A stretch of DNA of 63,014 nucleotides, from IMG/VR virus record IMGVR_UViG_3300030380_002827; one strand, 5' to 3'. This DNA comes from an uncultured virus (IMG/VR IMGVR_UViG_3300030380_002827) (Duplodnaviria; Heunggongvirae; Uroviricota; Caudoviricetes). Below the pieces are notes generated by a model. It did no database searches. It was not told the DNA's origin and saw nothing but the letters and a program-made list of their open reading frames with translations. This document shows positions 20,301-32,400 of the stretch, in pieces. Every line of letters begins with the position of its first letter. Position 1 is the stretch's first letter. The position numbers were made by a program, and so were the translations under genes.

Positions 20301-23300
20301 AATGTTGTGGTAGAAGAGTATGTGGATGAAATACTAGAAGCAGGGTCATATGGATTCTGTTTATAAACCTGATTAGGATTATTGTAAGGACCATATTTGT
20401 GATTCTGATTTGCAAGTCTAAACCTAATTGCATCATTATTAGTATTAGGACGACTTCCCTCAACAACTTCACCAGCACCAAATGTACCACTTACCATTGT
20501 AATTTCGATAAGTTTAGGTATAACATACTTCGACATATCAATACTATCGAAGAATGGATATAATCTTGTGTTTGGCTTAAGTCTTCTACAGATAAACTCA
20601 ATGTTTCTGGATCGCATTGTAGCAATCACTTCTGTGTTTACAACCTTGTCACCAAGACTTGTAGTATCAAATCTTTCACCAACACGGAACTGAATACCCT
20701 GTCTTGTTTGATTTGTAGTAGTTGTAGTTGTCTGCTCTCTAAAGTTTGTAGTTCTATCTCTAAAGTTAGTTGTTGTAGTGATAGGAATACCACGATGTCT
20801 TTGGAAATGACCTCTTCTAGTAGATCTTCCTGTTACAGTTGTTCTAGTCTCACTGAATAGAGAAGGACTTGTGAATGTGCTTGATCCAGTCCAAGTAGTT
20901 TCCCATGAACCCCAATCAACAGGTGAAAGACCAGTGTTACTATCTGCACCAGTAATTCCCATTGTGGAATTGAAACTACCTTCAATATCATAGGTAGCAG
21001 CAGTTCTTCTAGTTTCAATCCATGTATCAGTGCCTGGATTTAATTCAACCTGACCAATCCAGTTTACAACAGCGAATGGGTTTACGTTCTCAATACGAGT
21101 TGCAAATTCATTTTCTAAGTAAATGGTATCGTTGTAATTCAAACATACAACGTCACCAATTCTCTTGACATTTGAATCACCAAGATCCTCAACAAACCTG
21201 TAGTCAGCAGTAGGATTAGAAGATGTTGCAGCACCAACAATCGCCTCTGATCCAAGTAGTAGGTCAATAGATGTTGTATAGTGTTGAGGTCTTAATCTTC
21301 CCTCTTTCGCATCAACAGATGCTTTATATGATGAGTTAGTTACATCACCACCAGTTACAGATTTGAAGTTATCAACAAAGAATCCTGACTTAAATCTATC
21401 AAGATTTGTTTGTGGATCACGGAGAGACATATTTGTAGTCTCAACTTCAAGGAGTGAAAGTGAAGTATAGTATTCAATATTCTTGATTCTGTTCTCGATA
21501 CTTGCGATATCCTTCATTCGGAATCGCTTGTGTCTAGCAATAGTGATTTGTGCTTCCGCTGGATCGTAAAGATATGGAGGAAGTTGAATAGTTGCAACTT
21601 CTAAAGCATTGTCAATGGTATTTGGAAGTTTTGGTAACTCAGATGGAACACCTTGAGATAGAGTGAAGATACCCTCTTTACTTAAGAATAACTTGTCAAT
21701 TCTTCCAAGATAATATTCGTAAGATAAGTTGAATGATTTATCTTTGGCAAGAACATGAGAAGAAGATGATGAGCCTGGTGTAAATTGTCTTGCTTCAAAT
21801 TCCCAAGGAGCTTTACCAGCAACAGTAGATGTAACTCTAGGTCTTAGGTCAATGATGTCAGAAATAGGAATCGTTCCTACAAAAGGTAATGTGCCTTTGT
21901 AATACTTTTTCTCATAAGAGTTTATAGTCACAAAATCGCCTGGATCTGCTTCATCAATAACAAAGTTATTGTAGACGATAGTGATTCTTCTAGTAGGTGC
22001 TTCTGTACCAGATTTTCTTACAAGTGCAGAGAAGTCAACATAATCCAATCTTTGGCCTGGATCAAACTCATAGTTATTCTTGATGTCTCTGTCGCCTGGA
22101 ATAAAGGTCTGAACTGTACCAGCAACTTTGGTTTCTTCAAAAATGATCTCTTCACCAATCTCAAAAGCATTTTCATTTTGAGATACAAAACTTACTTCAT
22201 TGGATCCATTGGTAGCAACAAATACAGCAGATGCACCAGATGTTTTACCAACAATATTCTCACCAACTACCGCATTAAGAATGTTGGAGTTTAGATTAGT
22301 AAGTTGTAAGATTGGGAACTGAGGATCAGCAGTTGATGAAGATTCTAATACAGCAAGAACTTCTGCAACATCACAAACTCCAAGAGAAAGTCTATCATCT
22401 TGAACTCTATTACCAAATGTTGTGTCATAAGTAAGTCCATCATTTAACTTCATTAATCCAGTGCCTGACTGGGTTTTCGAGGACTTGTTTAAAGTATATG
22501 TTGTTGCTCTTTTGAATATTTTTGATTTTGGTTTGACATTTACCTTCTTCCAAGTAACTGTCAATACAGCAGCACCAGAAGCAGTGTCTAAACCAGATAA
22601 GGTTACAGTTCTACCACTGACTGTAAGTTTTTGATCCGTTAATGATTCAACTGTACCAGATGTCTTAAATGTAAGGTTGTAATCCTCTTCATCAAATGGT
22701 TCAAGAGTCAAATCAGCATCAGTTTCTAAAGTTCCACTAAAAGCATTACTTGAAACTGTAACGTTGTAGGATTTCTTGAATATGATATCTGCACCGTTCA
22801 ATTCAACAGATGCAACATTAGGTTTAGTTAATTCACTAAACAAGAATGCTTGTGAATTGTTTTGAACTTCTAAAGTAACCTTGAACAGATCGTTTGCAGA
22901 TACGGCAGAGGTAGGTAATGCACCAGAACATACATTTTCAACATCTACAGTAGCTTCAAGACTGATAGCAACAGCAGATGTATTAGTAACTCTGTTAAAT
23001 GTAGGAACGGAGTTGCCTGAAATACTATACTGAATGATATCTCCAGTCTTAATACCAGAGTTTACGAAACTTGCACTAGGAGATGTGATTGTAGATGCAG
23101 AACCAGAGTTTGCACTAACAGTAAACTGTGTTGCAATAGGAGCAATCAGATGACCTAATCCTAGAACAGGGTCAGCTGTGAAAGGGTAGTTTGTAGGATC
23201 ATTACTAACAAGTTGTTTAATATCCTCTACACCGTAGTCTTCTACCTCAGTAATACTTCTATTTGAAGTAAAACCATTGAAGAATAATTCTTCACCAACT

Positions 23301-24853
23301 TGGAATTGTCCGTTAACTTGATATAAAGTTAATTGTGTTGAATTATTTGCAGAAGTATATGCGTATCCTGTAGCGTTACTATTTTGACCAGTAACATAGG
23401 TTGGACACTGTACAGTTGTCCCAGTGTTTAATTGTAGATATGTGAACGTCTGAATGTCATACAGAGATGTCTCAAACACTGTAGAAGAGTCGGCATAACC
23501 AACGTTCTTCAACTTCATATCATAGACTCTAGCAACACCAATCTGTTCACCGTTTGATGTACCAACAGTAGAGGTTCTTTCGTTGAATAGTTTTACATAA
23601 GAACTTGTGCTGATACCAAGTAGAGGAGAACCATAAACGTTGTTTACTTCAATTTGTCTACCAACACTAAACGGTAAAGACTCATTAACAATCTTTGCAG
23701 TGTCTCTTGGTTTTGGAACATCAACAGTAGTTGTGTTGAGTGTTTCAATCTCATATCCTTTAACGTATGCCTTGCCAGGTCCGATGGATAAACACATCAA
23801 ATCCTCACTAGGAACATTGCCCTGCTGAGTTAATTGATTAGGATAAAATGCACCGTCATTTCCTGTTCTGTCATTAAGACATTCCTTAGCTACGAGAGGG
23901 AATGGTTTTACATAGTAGTGACCAGATTCATCGTATGTTCTTCTTGCAAGTTCATCACGAATTAAGTTATAGTTATCAGCGCCAGGTTTTACGAATTTTT
24001 GTAGAACACCATCTACAACTCTCATCAATTCTACAAAGTTCTCATCATTCAAATCTGTGAGAGACTTCTTGATTAAGGTTGTTGATAGTTTGAATCTATC
24101 TGCACCAGGCGCCGCAAAGTTTGAGAAACCTCTTGCATTATCGTACAAGTCGTTATCTGATGCAGACGCAGTTACAAGTTCTTCCTTGATTAGAAGACCA
24201 ATTCTGTATGATGGTTTGTTGTTATACTGATCCAAAATTACTGTGGAGTCAGCAACAGTAACAAAGAAACCTCTGATGAAATAGACACCTTGGGCAATCT
24301 TTGCTGCAGCACCTGTAGCAACTGCATTTGAGATAAGTGTTGTTGCGAAACTAGCACCCTGTCTAATACTAGACAGAGAATAGTTCATGTCCTCTTCTAG
24401 TAATAAATTTTCTCCATCTGCAAATGTCTTTCTTGAGAAATCAGTATCACTGGAACTGTTGTACTTGATGTAAAGAGTATATGCTCCTTTTACTGATGTT
24501 CTGTTTGTAATATATGTTTCTACTTTAGCGGTAACACCACTAGTTTCACCCTTAATTTTTTTACCTATCAAGTTGTCTAGGTAGACGGAAACAGGAATAC
24601 CTAAGTGACTGTCATCAATCTGAACACAAGTGTATTCGTTATCGTATGCAATCTGGCCTGGGATAACAACAGAACCTTCCTTGAAGAAGTGCTTACCAAA
24701 TTTTTCAACCTGATTCTGTAGAATAGATTGAAGTGTTGTGAGTTCCCTAGACTGTACAGGTAAACCTGGCTTGAATAGTACCCTCTGATAATTTTTTAAC
24801 TCATTAAAGTCATCAAAGTATGGAGATGAGTTTAAGTTGGTATTTTGTGGCAT
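17336..24853 (-). CDS. vrlC: VrlC-like (DUF4815) large virion structural protein
   Basis: 2505 aa with MPQNTNLNSSPYFDDF...RVLFKPG.PVQSRELTTLQSILQNQ, LARRTYDESGHY, RFKSGFFVDNF, DPLAQSF and GSLFKSQN..TW, as seen in T4-like cyanophage VrlC. Confidence 0.8.
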   Translation of the reverse strand: MPQNTNLNSSPYFDDFNELKNYQRVLFKPGLPVQSRELTTLQSILQNQVEKFGKHFFKEGSVVIPGQIAYDNEYTCVQIDDSHLGIPVSVYLDNLIGKKIKGETSGVTAKVETYITNRTSVKGAYTLYIKYNSSSDTDFSRKTFADGENLLLEEDMNYSLSSIRQGASFATTLISNAVATGAAAKIAQGVYFIRGFFVTVADSTVILDQYNNKPSYRIGLLIKEELVTASASDNDLYDNARGFSNFAAPGADRFKLSTTLIKKSLTDLNDENFVELMRVVDGVLQKFVKPGADNYNLIRDELARRTYDESGHYYVKPFPLVAKECLNDRTGNDGAFYPNQLTQQGNVPSEDLMCLSIGPGKAYVKGYEIETLNTTTVDVPKPRDTAKIVNESLPFSVGRQIEVNNVYGSPLLGISTSSYVKLFNERTSTVGTSNGEQIGVARVYDMKLKNVGYADSSTVFETSLYDIQTFTYLQLNTGTTVQCPTYVTGQNSNATGYAYTSANNSTQLTLYQVNGQFQVGEELFFNGFTSNRSITEVEDYGVEDIKQLVSNDPTNYPFTADPVLGLGHLIAPIATQFTVSANSGSASTITSPSASFVNSGIKTGDIIQYSISGNSVPTFNRVTNTSAVAISLEATVDVENVCSGALPTSAVSANDLFKVTLEVQNNSQAFLFSELTKPNVASVELNGADIIFKKSYNVTVSSNAFSGTLETDADLTLEPFDEEDYNLTFKTSGTVESLTDQKLTVSGRTVTLSGLDTASGAAVLTVTWKKVNVKPKSKIFKRATTYTLNKSSKTQSGTGLMKLNDGLTYDTTFGNRVQDDRLSLGVCDVAEVLAVLESSSTADPQFPILQLTNLNSNILNAVVGENIVGKTSGASAVFVATNGSNEVSFVSQNENAFEIGEEIIFEETKVAGTVQTFIPGDRDIKNNYEFDPGQRLDYVDFSALVRKSGTEAPTRRITIVYNNFVIDEADPGDFVTINSYEKKYYKGTLPFVGTIPISDIIDLRPRVTSTVAGKAPWEFEARQFTPGSSSSSHVLAKDKSFNLSYEYYLGRIDKLFLSKEGIFTLSQGVPSELPKLPNTIDNALEVATIQLPPYLYDPAEAQITIARHKRFRMKDIASIENRIKNIEYYTSLSLLEVETTNMSLRDPQTNLDRFKSGFFVDNFKSVTGGDVTNSSYKASVDAKEGRLRPQHYTTSIDLLLGSEAIVGAATSSNPTADYRFVEDLGDSNVKRIGDVVCLNYNDTIYLENEFATRIENVNPFAVVNWIGQVELNPGTDTWIETRRTAATYDIEGSFNSTMGITGADSNTGLSPVDWGSWETTWTGSSTFTSPSLFSETRTTVTGRSTRRGHFQRHRGIPITTTTNFRDRTTNFREQTTTTTTNQTRQGIQFRVGERFDTTSLGDKVVNTEVIATMRSRNIEFICRRLKPNTRLYPFFDSIDMSKYVIPKLIEITMVSGTFGAGEVVEGSRPNTNNDAIRFRLANQNHKYGPYNNPNQVYKQNPYDPASSISSTYSSTTTLLNVDTASLELQAASGFYGYITTGMKLIGQSSGAIATVTAIRLITDKAGALLGSLFLPDPTVPSAPSFNTGTKTFTLSSSPTNSTISGFTDSSGEANFTSSGTLQTVEASTLRMRNADVQRIPQSADRTLTDSSSRLVVDNTFANRSTSQTRWVDPLAQSFEVPDVNGVFLTKCDVYFQAKDTNQLPVTLQVRTLQTGLPTQEILPFGECILDPDEVVISDDGSKATTFTFPAPVYCEGGGEFALVLLSASNEYFVFISRMGEEDITTVNAADSEKIIVSQQPLLGSLFKSQNGATWDPSQLEDLKFNLYRANFTATAGRVNFYNPDLEVGNRQIVSLANNPIDMLSYNAVVGLGKSLTASEQAGLTEGTTIYQQANPNFSANLNKVLGAIGVGSDLTITNGGSGFSATSVVYSGVPLISQFGKGTGATVNLTVDNRVAVAATVAIGGTGYSAGDVLTVSATNTGGFGKDLRLTIPNNVGVISAFNTLVLDNIQGVPKVDSSSAIVYVGGGGTSVVNGGSIQYLQNVTDGLHFRVRHSNHGMYSQEDSVVLSGVEADVKPEKLTSTVDSSSTEDMTVTAIGIFTSFENVEVNSSNPGYVKIGNEIIKYTGVTTTTSTLNNITRSVDDTKAGDYNVNDKIYKYELNGVSLRRINTSHSFIPTNNTTYPIDVDHYWIKVGVSSRGVDRATGNANGFPELFFRENKSGGSYDQQYVQVSNSYGPMATQNIAFNIVRPNVATLLPEGTDISAKVRTFSGNSPDGNLKSFVDQGYESVSLQSNNVLSTPRIVASKVNELAKLTDFPGRKSFTLQTNLTTDDPKVSPMIDLDRVNMITIMDRLNSKISDYATDRRVNSIDNDPSAAVYLSKVVNLEKSADGLKVMFDAYRHSTNDIRVLYRIFRIDAPPQYQLFELFPGFENLDSNGNVIDQSKNNGKPDRRILASQTEDDYKEYEFNVKNLPQFNGFQIKIVMSGTNFAYVPKIRDLRTIASI

Positions 24854-24859
24854 TTGTCT

Positions 24860-26455
24860 TTAGAACTCCAGTACTATCTTGATGTCTTCCTTCTGACTTG
24901 CAGATCTAGGAATCGCAGTTCGATTATCAATATAGATTATTTCACCCGATTTGGTATTGAATTCCGCTGATGAAATACCAGAAGTAAAACTCATACCTAA
25001 TTGGTAGGTCTTATTATTTATTGAGGTACTGACACCGTTATAACTGGTATCAATAGATAACAACGAACCGTTCACTGATGATCCGTTAATCGTTACACCA
25101 TACCCTGCATCAGGAACAGAAGTAAATGGGACAATCTTATATCCAGTTTCACTAGAAGCAAGACCCATAGGTTGATAATACTTCAACACTCCAGTAACTT
25201 TATCCCAAGATGCAACATATCCAATCGCAGTAGAACCAACACCAACCGTCTGTGTAATCTCAGAGTCAACAGCATAGGTTGTTGCAGTGGTAATACCACC
25301 AAGTTTCAAAGCTTTCAATCCACTCACCATTGCAGTGTCCAGTAATTCGGTACTACTGCCAAATACGGTGGGATTTTTGATTAGTCCAACCCTTGCAAAA
25401 TCATTACCCTCAATGATATCAGGGTTAGTTTCTAGAGTTTCAAATCTAGAATAGAGTAGTGCTCTGTATGCACCAAGTTCCCTATAGATGTCATGTCCAT
25501 GACCACCTTTAGGAGGGATGATAACACTAAAGTTTGCTACCGATGTCGTTCCGATACCTGTATTGGTAAGGTTAGCAAGTACTCCGCCAGACTCACTGCC
25601 TGGAGCGCCTGGGAAAAACTGGATGGATCCATGAGTGTATCCTTCTCCTCCGTCAGTAACAAATACTTCAGATACTTTTCCGAAAGAGTCAATCGTAATA
25701 GTAGCCTTTCCTCCTGACCCATCTCCCAGAATGGGAACATTCGCAAATGAGGTTGAGATTGGTTGGTAGTTAGAACCTCTATCATCAACCACAACCACTT
25801 CAATCTTTCCATCTATAGCGTTCGCCTTAGTTGCAACAGTCTCGCCTTGATTTCCCCAGTTCTCGGGCACTGGTATGTATTCAATAGAGTCAAATTTAAC
25901 AATTTCACTAGGTTTAATTGTGTAAAGATATTTCCAAACATAACCATCGCCACTAGTGCCAGCTGCTCTTGGCTCAAGGTCAACAAATGTGGGTTGGTCA
26001 TATGATGGCCTACCCTTTGGGTTCTCTGGGTCTGATCCATTTTGTAGACAAATGTAAACTTTCAGGTCTTCATTAACAACATAATAATTCGCGTCGTACA
26101 GACTACCTTGACTAGTAATAGGTGTTAGATTATAGATGTTATAATCGTGTCTATACATTTCATATGTAGTACCCGCCACCCATGACACTTTTCTGACAAG
26201 TCTGCGAACATCTTTATCAGTCACCTTTTTCATCGCAATGATAGATTCTTTGATAGAATATTCTTCTTCAAATCCATCCAACGGTGCTGGTGTATTAGTA
26301 GCCCATGTGGCAGTACCGCCTGCCTTTGGTTCTATGGAATTTGGAAGTCCCATAAAAGCATAATACTTATTTACTGTAGATCCGACACCAACGAAACTTT
26401 GTACAAAAGTCTCAGCGTTCAGAATCCTAAACTGTTCGGATATGATAGCAGGCAT
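24860..26455 (-). CDS. gp8: Baseplate wedge subunit gp8
   Basis: W.AGT.Y.MYRHDY, YYVVN..L.VY.CL.N and DGYVWKYLYTI motifs plus a C-terminal Q.EDIKIVLEF; expected position in the module. Confidence 0.85.
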   Translation of the reverse strand: MPAIISEQFRILNAETFVQSFVGVGSTVNKYYAFMGLPNSIEPKAGGTATWATNTPAPLDGFEEEYSIKESIIAMKKVTDKDVRRLVRKVSWVAGTTYEMYRHDYNIYNLTPITSQGSLYDANYYVVNEDLKVYICLQNGSDPENPKGRPSYDQPTFVDLEPRAAGTSGDGYVWKYLYTIKPSEIVKFDSIEYIPVPENWGNQGETVATKANAIDGKIEVVVVDDRGSNYQPISTSFANVPILGDGSGGKATITIDSFGKVSEVFVTDGGEGYTHGSIQFFPGAPGSESGGVLANLTNTGIGTTSVANFSVIIPPKGGHGHDIYRELGAYRALLYSRFETLETNPDIIEGNDFARVGLIKNPTVFGSSTELLDTAMVSGLKALKLGGITTATTYAVDSEITQTVGVGSTAIGYVASWDKVTGVLKYYQPMGLASSETGYKIVPFTSVPDAGYGVTINGSSVNGSLLSIDTSYNGVSTSINNKTYQLGMSFTSGISSAEFNTKSGEIIYIDNRTAIPRSASQKEDIKIVLEF

Positions 26456-26479
26456 TTTAAAAAAACTAGTCTTTAGGTT

Positions 26480-26486
26480 TATTTAG
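26480..26486 (-). promoter_or_regulatory. Late promoter variant CTAAATA
   Basis: Intergenic, about 25 nt upstream of the gp8 start. Confidence 0.55.
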
Positions 26487-26489
26487 TGG

Positions 26490-29400
26490 TTAAGTTAGTG
26501 GTTTCTTTCTGGAGACCACCGCAGCAGTGGATAATCCGACATTTCCGTTCATAGGATTGACGAGGAAACTTGTAGGATTACCAGCACCACGATTCTGATA
26601 TCCAAGTAATTTACCCCAACTATATTTACCCCAGAAGGTATCAGTAGTTGCAGTTGTACCAACTCCAACTTGAATTGTATTATTACCGTAAGGAGTAGGT
26701 CCTGGCATGAAAGCACAGGTGACTGTAACTAATCCAGAAACTGCATCTCCTGTTGTTACTTGTTCAACTTTAAATACACCACCGAGGTAATCACCAGCAG
26801 TGACCATACCAACAACTTCATTTGCACCACTAGATGTGGTTATACCAGTCAGTGCATGACCAACAACTAATGAACTATCGTAGATAGTGAAGAAGTCTCC
26901 TTTAGTCAATCCAGAGAAGTTTACGCCGAGTTGATTAAGAGAAGAATACCCATAACCCAAATTAGTATTATCATTGAACTGAGACTTAAGAGTAAAGGCC
27001 AATCTTGGTAATACATTTGCAGATCCTGGCAACCATGTATTTATTCCTACAATGTCACCAAAATCACCTTCCGCATCAACAGAGAATATATCTTCTCTCT
27101 TAGTTTTATCAGATTCTACAATCACAGGTGGACTACTTCCAACCCTGTAACCAAATCCACCATCAGTGATGTTGATAGATGTAATTACACCAGCAGTTAC
27201 AGATGCAGTTGCTGATGCCCTATTGATAACTGGATCCGCATAGAAGTTTGTAGTTCCAGAACCAATAGCGATAACTCTCGTACTTGCAAAATCACCATAA
27301 GGTGTTTGAACAAGGTCACGAATTTCATTACTATGAGCAACAGGTCTCGCGTTCCAGTTTGCAAGGTCAAAGGAGTAGTAAAGATCACCAACTGTGGAGA
27401 TACCAACGTAGAAATTATTAATGAATTTAATCTTAGCAAAGTCAAATGTTGCAGGGCTAATTGTTCCAGCAGGCAACTGTTGACTCCAAGGTTGCCAGAA
27501 GTTTTTATCGGTTGAAATACCAATAGTACCACTGTCACCCACAACGATAAATCTATTACCATCATAGATGATGTCATTTAAGTCAAAGACGGTATTACTT
27601 GTCTTATCTCCCCAACCTGTTCCATCATTAGATGCAATAATAACTCCACCATTACCAACGGCAATGTACTCTGACTGACCGTAACAAACAGCATTTAGAG
27701 TTTGTAATGTTCCTGAGAATTGACTGAAAGCATCTGCGGTTGTAAGACCAACGGCAGTAAAGATAGATCCAGCAGCACCAACAGCAACCCATGTATTTCT
27801 AGTTCCTTCCCAGATAACATCTTGGAAATGTCCTGTGTAGGTACTGTCTAGTGTTTGAACTTGACCAATAGCAGGTATTTGTCTCTGTTCTAGTAGGTTG
27901 ATAGGAGTCCATGAACCGATACTGTTACCAATCGCAACTGCTCTTGCCATGGATGCAAACTCACCCACAGCCATAACGTTCACACCACCAGTTGCAGTGT
28001 TACCAACTCCCACACCGTTGAATGTGATAGTTCCACCAAATCCAATTCTACCTCTCTCCCAGAATGTTCCACTCTTAGTGTTCATGTAGAAACTACTTGC
28101 ACCAACAGCAACATATGGATCCTGTTTGGTTATTGCTCTAAACTCAATAGATGATGTGATACCAGTAATCGCATCAAACTCCCAAGCAGAGATAGGATCT
28201 TTACGTTCAATTAATGCACTAGAAATTGCAACGGTTGGATTTGATAATGTATATCCTGTTCCCCCATCAACTATGCTTAGAGAGGATATACTTGATGAAG
28301 TAGAAACAATAGATGTAACAACGCCAGGAGAGATCTCATTATCTTCAAAGATCTGAACATTTCTCTCAGATTGTACTAACAAGTCAACCGCATTGAATAC
28401 AGGGAAAGCATTATTGACGTAAATTCTGTCATCTAACTCCCCAACGTTCTTGATAATTCTAGTTGTAGGAAGAACCTTACTCTTCAAGCCTGGTCTTGCT
28501 TTGGAGATTAGAACACCAGAGAGAATTTGATCTTGTCTCTGTTTCTCCCAAGAAAGTGGTCTTTCTGCAGCGGTGTTAGTATCAATACCGATACTGTCGT
28601 AAGAGAATGTTTCAAGAACGTCAGAAGCAACGATTCTCTTACCTGTTCTCTCAAACTGATCAATGTCAGCAGGGTTAAGTTTGTTCTCTTTGATTTGAAC
28701 AACGTCACCAGCCTTGACAGATGCAACTGGGTCAACAGTTTCAACGTCTCTCTTAGATCCTCTGAAGTAGAATACAGAACACTTAGAGTTTGGTTTTGGT
28801 GCTTCAGAGAAGATGACTCTACTACCCTTAAATGTGTAAGAAGACTGTGGAGTCTGTAGAATGTCGTTGATATAGATGAAGATATTATTTGTGATATCCA
28901 TATCACTACCAGGCAGAGTCTTGAGACTTAAGATCTCAGTAACACCACTGGTTGTAACAGACAGTGTGAACTTTGTACGAGAACCATTGAAGAATGTAGA
29001 AATATCATCAAACAGAATGAACTGGCCTGGATAGAATCCAGAGAATGTATCATTCTCAAGTTCTTGAACTGTTAATTGGAATTCAGTTAGAACACCAACT
29101 CTAGGGTTGGTTGCAATACCAGAAACAGTTAGAACCTCATCAACTTTGTATGCTGTTCCTTCTTCAATAAGATCAAATTCACCAATGTTTCCATCCACAT
29201 TGATACGGAAGTTAACAACTGCATTTGTTCCAATTCCACTTGATCCAGAAATGTATTCTAGGTCTCTGTTGAAGTATCCGTCTGGTTCTGTGATGTCTAG
29301 GAATACTGGTTTATCAATTCTACCACCTCTCTTGAAGAGTGCGATTTCAGTTGTAAGACCAGCATTAACTCTAAACTTACCAGCATCAATTTTTTCAATA

Positions 29401-32400
29401 ACGTCAAATCCAGAGAATCCAATCTCATTAGAAGCAGCAACTCTCTTACCCTGTTGCGAAATACCACCTCTTGCATAGATGTGATCTACTGTAGAGATAC
29501 CAACATTTACAACGTAAGTATGATCGTCAATAATCTTATCAACAAATGTACCGCCTGATGCGAAGTCCTCACCACTTGGAGAATTATTTCTAAGTCTAGG
29601 TGCAAGAATAACACCTTGAATTGTACCACCACCATTGTAGAAACTAGGTGTTGTTGAAGGTCCTACTTGAATCTCAATATTATTATTGTCAATAACTCTA
29701 TTAACAAGAGAACCATTGTAGTAAGGATCTCCACCTTTAGGATATACATGTGCTGTTGCATATCCGTCCTTAGAACATGTAAAGTATATTGACTCATTCT
29801 TTAACTTGACATTTCTAGGAACACCAGCTGCGGTTGTGATGCCATGAACAGTAGGTAAGAACATAGTCATAATACCTACCACATCATTGTAGTCTGCATG
29901 GTTAATGTTGTACTCTACTCTAGTAGAAACACCAACGTTTACAGTGACGTTGTTAGCAGTTACGGCACTAGGATACAGTGATGTATCGTGTGCAGGGTCA
30001 GTAGTTCTAGGATACGCATGTTCAGTAGAGTTCTGATCCATTGTACATGTGTACACGAATCCATTCGTTGCTAAACCTACAGCAGTCGTAGTAGATAAAC
30101 CATGAGATGTATCAGTCGTCATAGTTACCAATCCACTGTTAGGATCGTAAGTAGCATTGGTTATATTGAATTTGACTCTTGATGTGATACCAACATTCAT
30201 TGTGAATGTATTGGCAGTTGTAGAAACAATACCAACCTCTACATCGTGAATAGGATCAGTGGTTCTAGGATATGTGTGATCAGTTGCATAATTATCCTGA
30301 GCGCATCTCCATGTGTAGGAGTCAGTTGCAAGACCAACTGTATCTCTTGCAATCAACAGTGAATCTATATCTGCATTTTCAAATGTATGAATGTAATTAC
30401 CGCCACTAATAACTGAACTTGTAGCAGCAGAAACAAAGATGTGTTCTGTTTGGTTGGATGACTTACCTACATCCAGTGTAATTGTAGTATCTGTTGTAGA
30501 AGTAATCTTAACAGAAGTATTGTAAGCAGGGTCTGGACCAGATATGCCGCTTGCCCTTGGGTAGAAGTGATTTGTCGCATGATTATCTAAGGCACAAGTG
30601 AATTTGAATCCCCTTGTTTTGAGTTTTACACCAGTTCCTTTTTTAAGTGTATGTGATCCAATATCTATAGTCATCAATCCTGTAAATGGATCATAAGAAC
30701 CACTTGTAGGATCATGATAAACAAGAGGTGATGTTCCTACATTGACACTAAAGTTAGTTTCATCAATGCCAGTTACAGATAACCACTGTTGATCTGATGG
30801 ATCTTTTGCTCTTGGATAACTCTTGATAGATTTTCTATTGTCCATCAAACATCTGAATCTAACAGAGTCTCTCTTAAAGTTGACTCTGTTACCAGTAATC
30901 ATTCCGTGAGCCTGGTTAGTGGTGACTGTCATAATACCACTACCAGCATCATAGGTTGCAAACTGGATGGTCTTATCGTCGTATGAACCGTTAAAACCAT
31001 GAGCATCAGAAGTCACCGTCATAATACCTGTGGTAGGTGTATATGCAGCAGTAGTAATACCGTAGTTTACGATTGTAGATACACCAACATTGATAGTCAG
31101 TGTAGTTGCTGAAGTAGAACCAATACCTACAGAGACGTTACCACCAATAGGATCATAAGAACGAGGATATGCGTGTTCTGAAGCATGATCGTCTCTGGCA
31201 CATGTGAATACAATAGAACCTGTATTGATGCCAACAGTATTTCTTGCCTTCTTAAGACCACCAGCAGTTGCTGATTCAAATATGTGAGCTCCACCTCCAA
31301 GGAACGCCGTTTGAGTTGCAACACCAACATAAACAGAGAATGTATTTACACCAACGTTATAAATTGGTAACCATACGTTCAAGAATGGATCAGAGTATCT
31401 TGGATATGCCTTAGTTGCAGTGTATCCATCTAGAGCACATTTGAATGAAATTGATTCTAAGTCAAACTTGACATATTCACCAGCAACAAAACCGTGATTT
31501 GTGATGGTTGGTTCTAGTACACCAGTACTAGTACTATACGTTGCCGTCGAAATTGTATGAGATGACTGATTGATGTAAGAGTGTCCAGCACCCACTGTCA
31601 TTGTCAACTCACCTGTTGCAGGGTTGTAAACTGATGTGGAGATGCCACGTTCTCTGATTGTAGATACACCAACTCTTATCTCAAAGGTATTAGTTGTGGC
31701 AGAAACAATACCAACATTGATGTTATGAATTGGGTCTGTAGGACGAGGATATGCGTGAACAGTTGCATAGTTATCCTTAGCACACTTGAATGATAATCCA
31801 CCAGTCACAACACCAACTTTTTGAGTAGGTCTTTGAATTGCACCAGTAGTAGAATTTTGATACCAGTATGGAGTGTAGTCACCACCACCAGTGATCATTG
31901 CATCTGTACCAACACCAGACAAATTGTATGGATATGCACCACCAGCAATAACTGCATCTACAGCAACACCCTGATTAGGAACAAAAGCGTATATCTGTGA
32001 TGAAGTAGTGGGTCCTACATTCACAGTGAAGAGTGTTCCAGCAGCACCAACTAAGGTTACAGTTTTTTCATAGTAAGGGTCTTGTGGTCTTGGGTAGAAA
32101 TGATTTGTTTGGAAAGCATCCTGTTCGCATTTGAATACGATAGATCCAGGCTTAAATTTGATTGCCTCCCCGACTTGGAAGTTATGAAGTCTGTCAAGAG
32201 AGACAGTCATAATACCAGTCTGCGGTGTATATGCAGCGAATCTAATGTTGTACTTGACTTCTGTAGTAATACCTACCTGAGTTGTAACTGTAGTTCCAGC
32301 AACACTAACAATAGGAACAGCAGTGTTGTAAGTAGGATCCTTAGATCTTGGGTAGTATTTTACAAGACTGTTTCCATCAGCATCACAAGTAAATCCTAAT

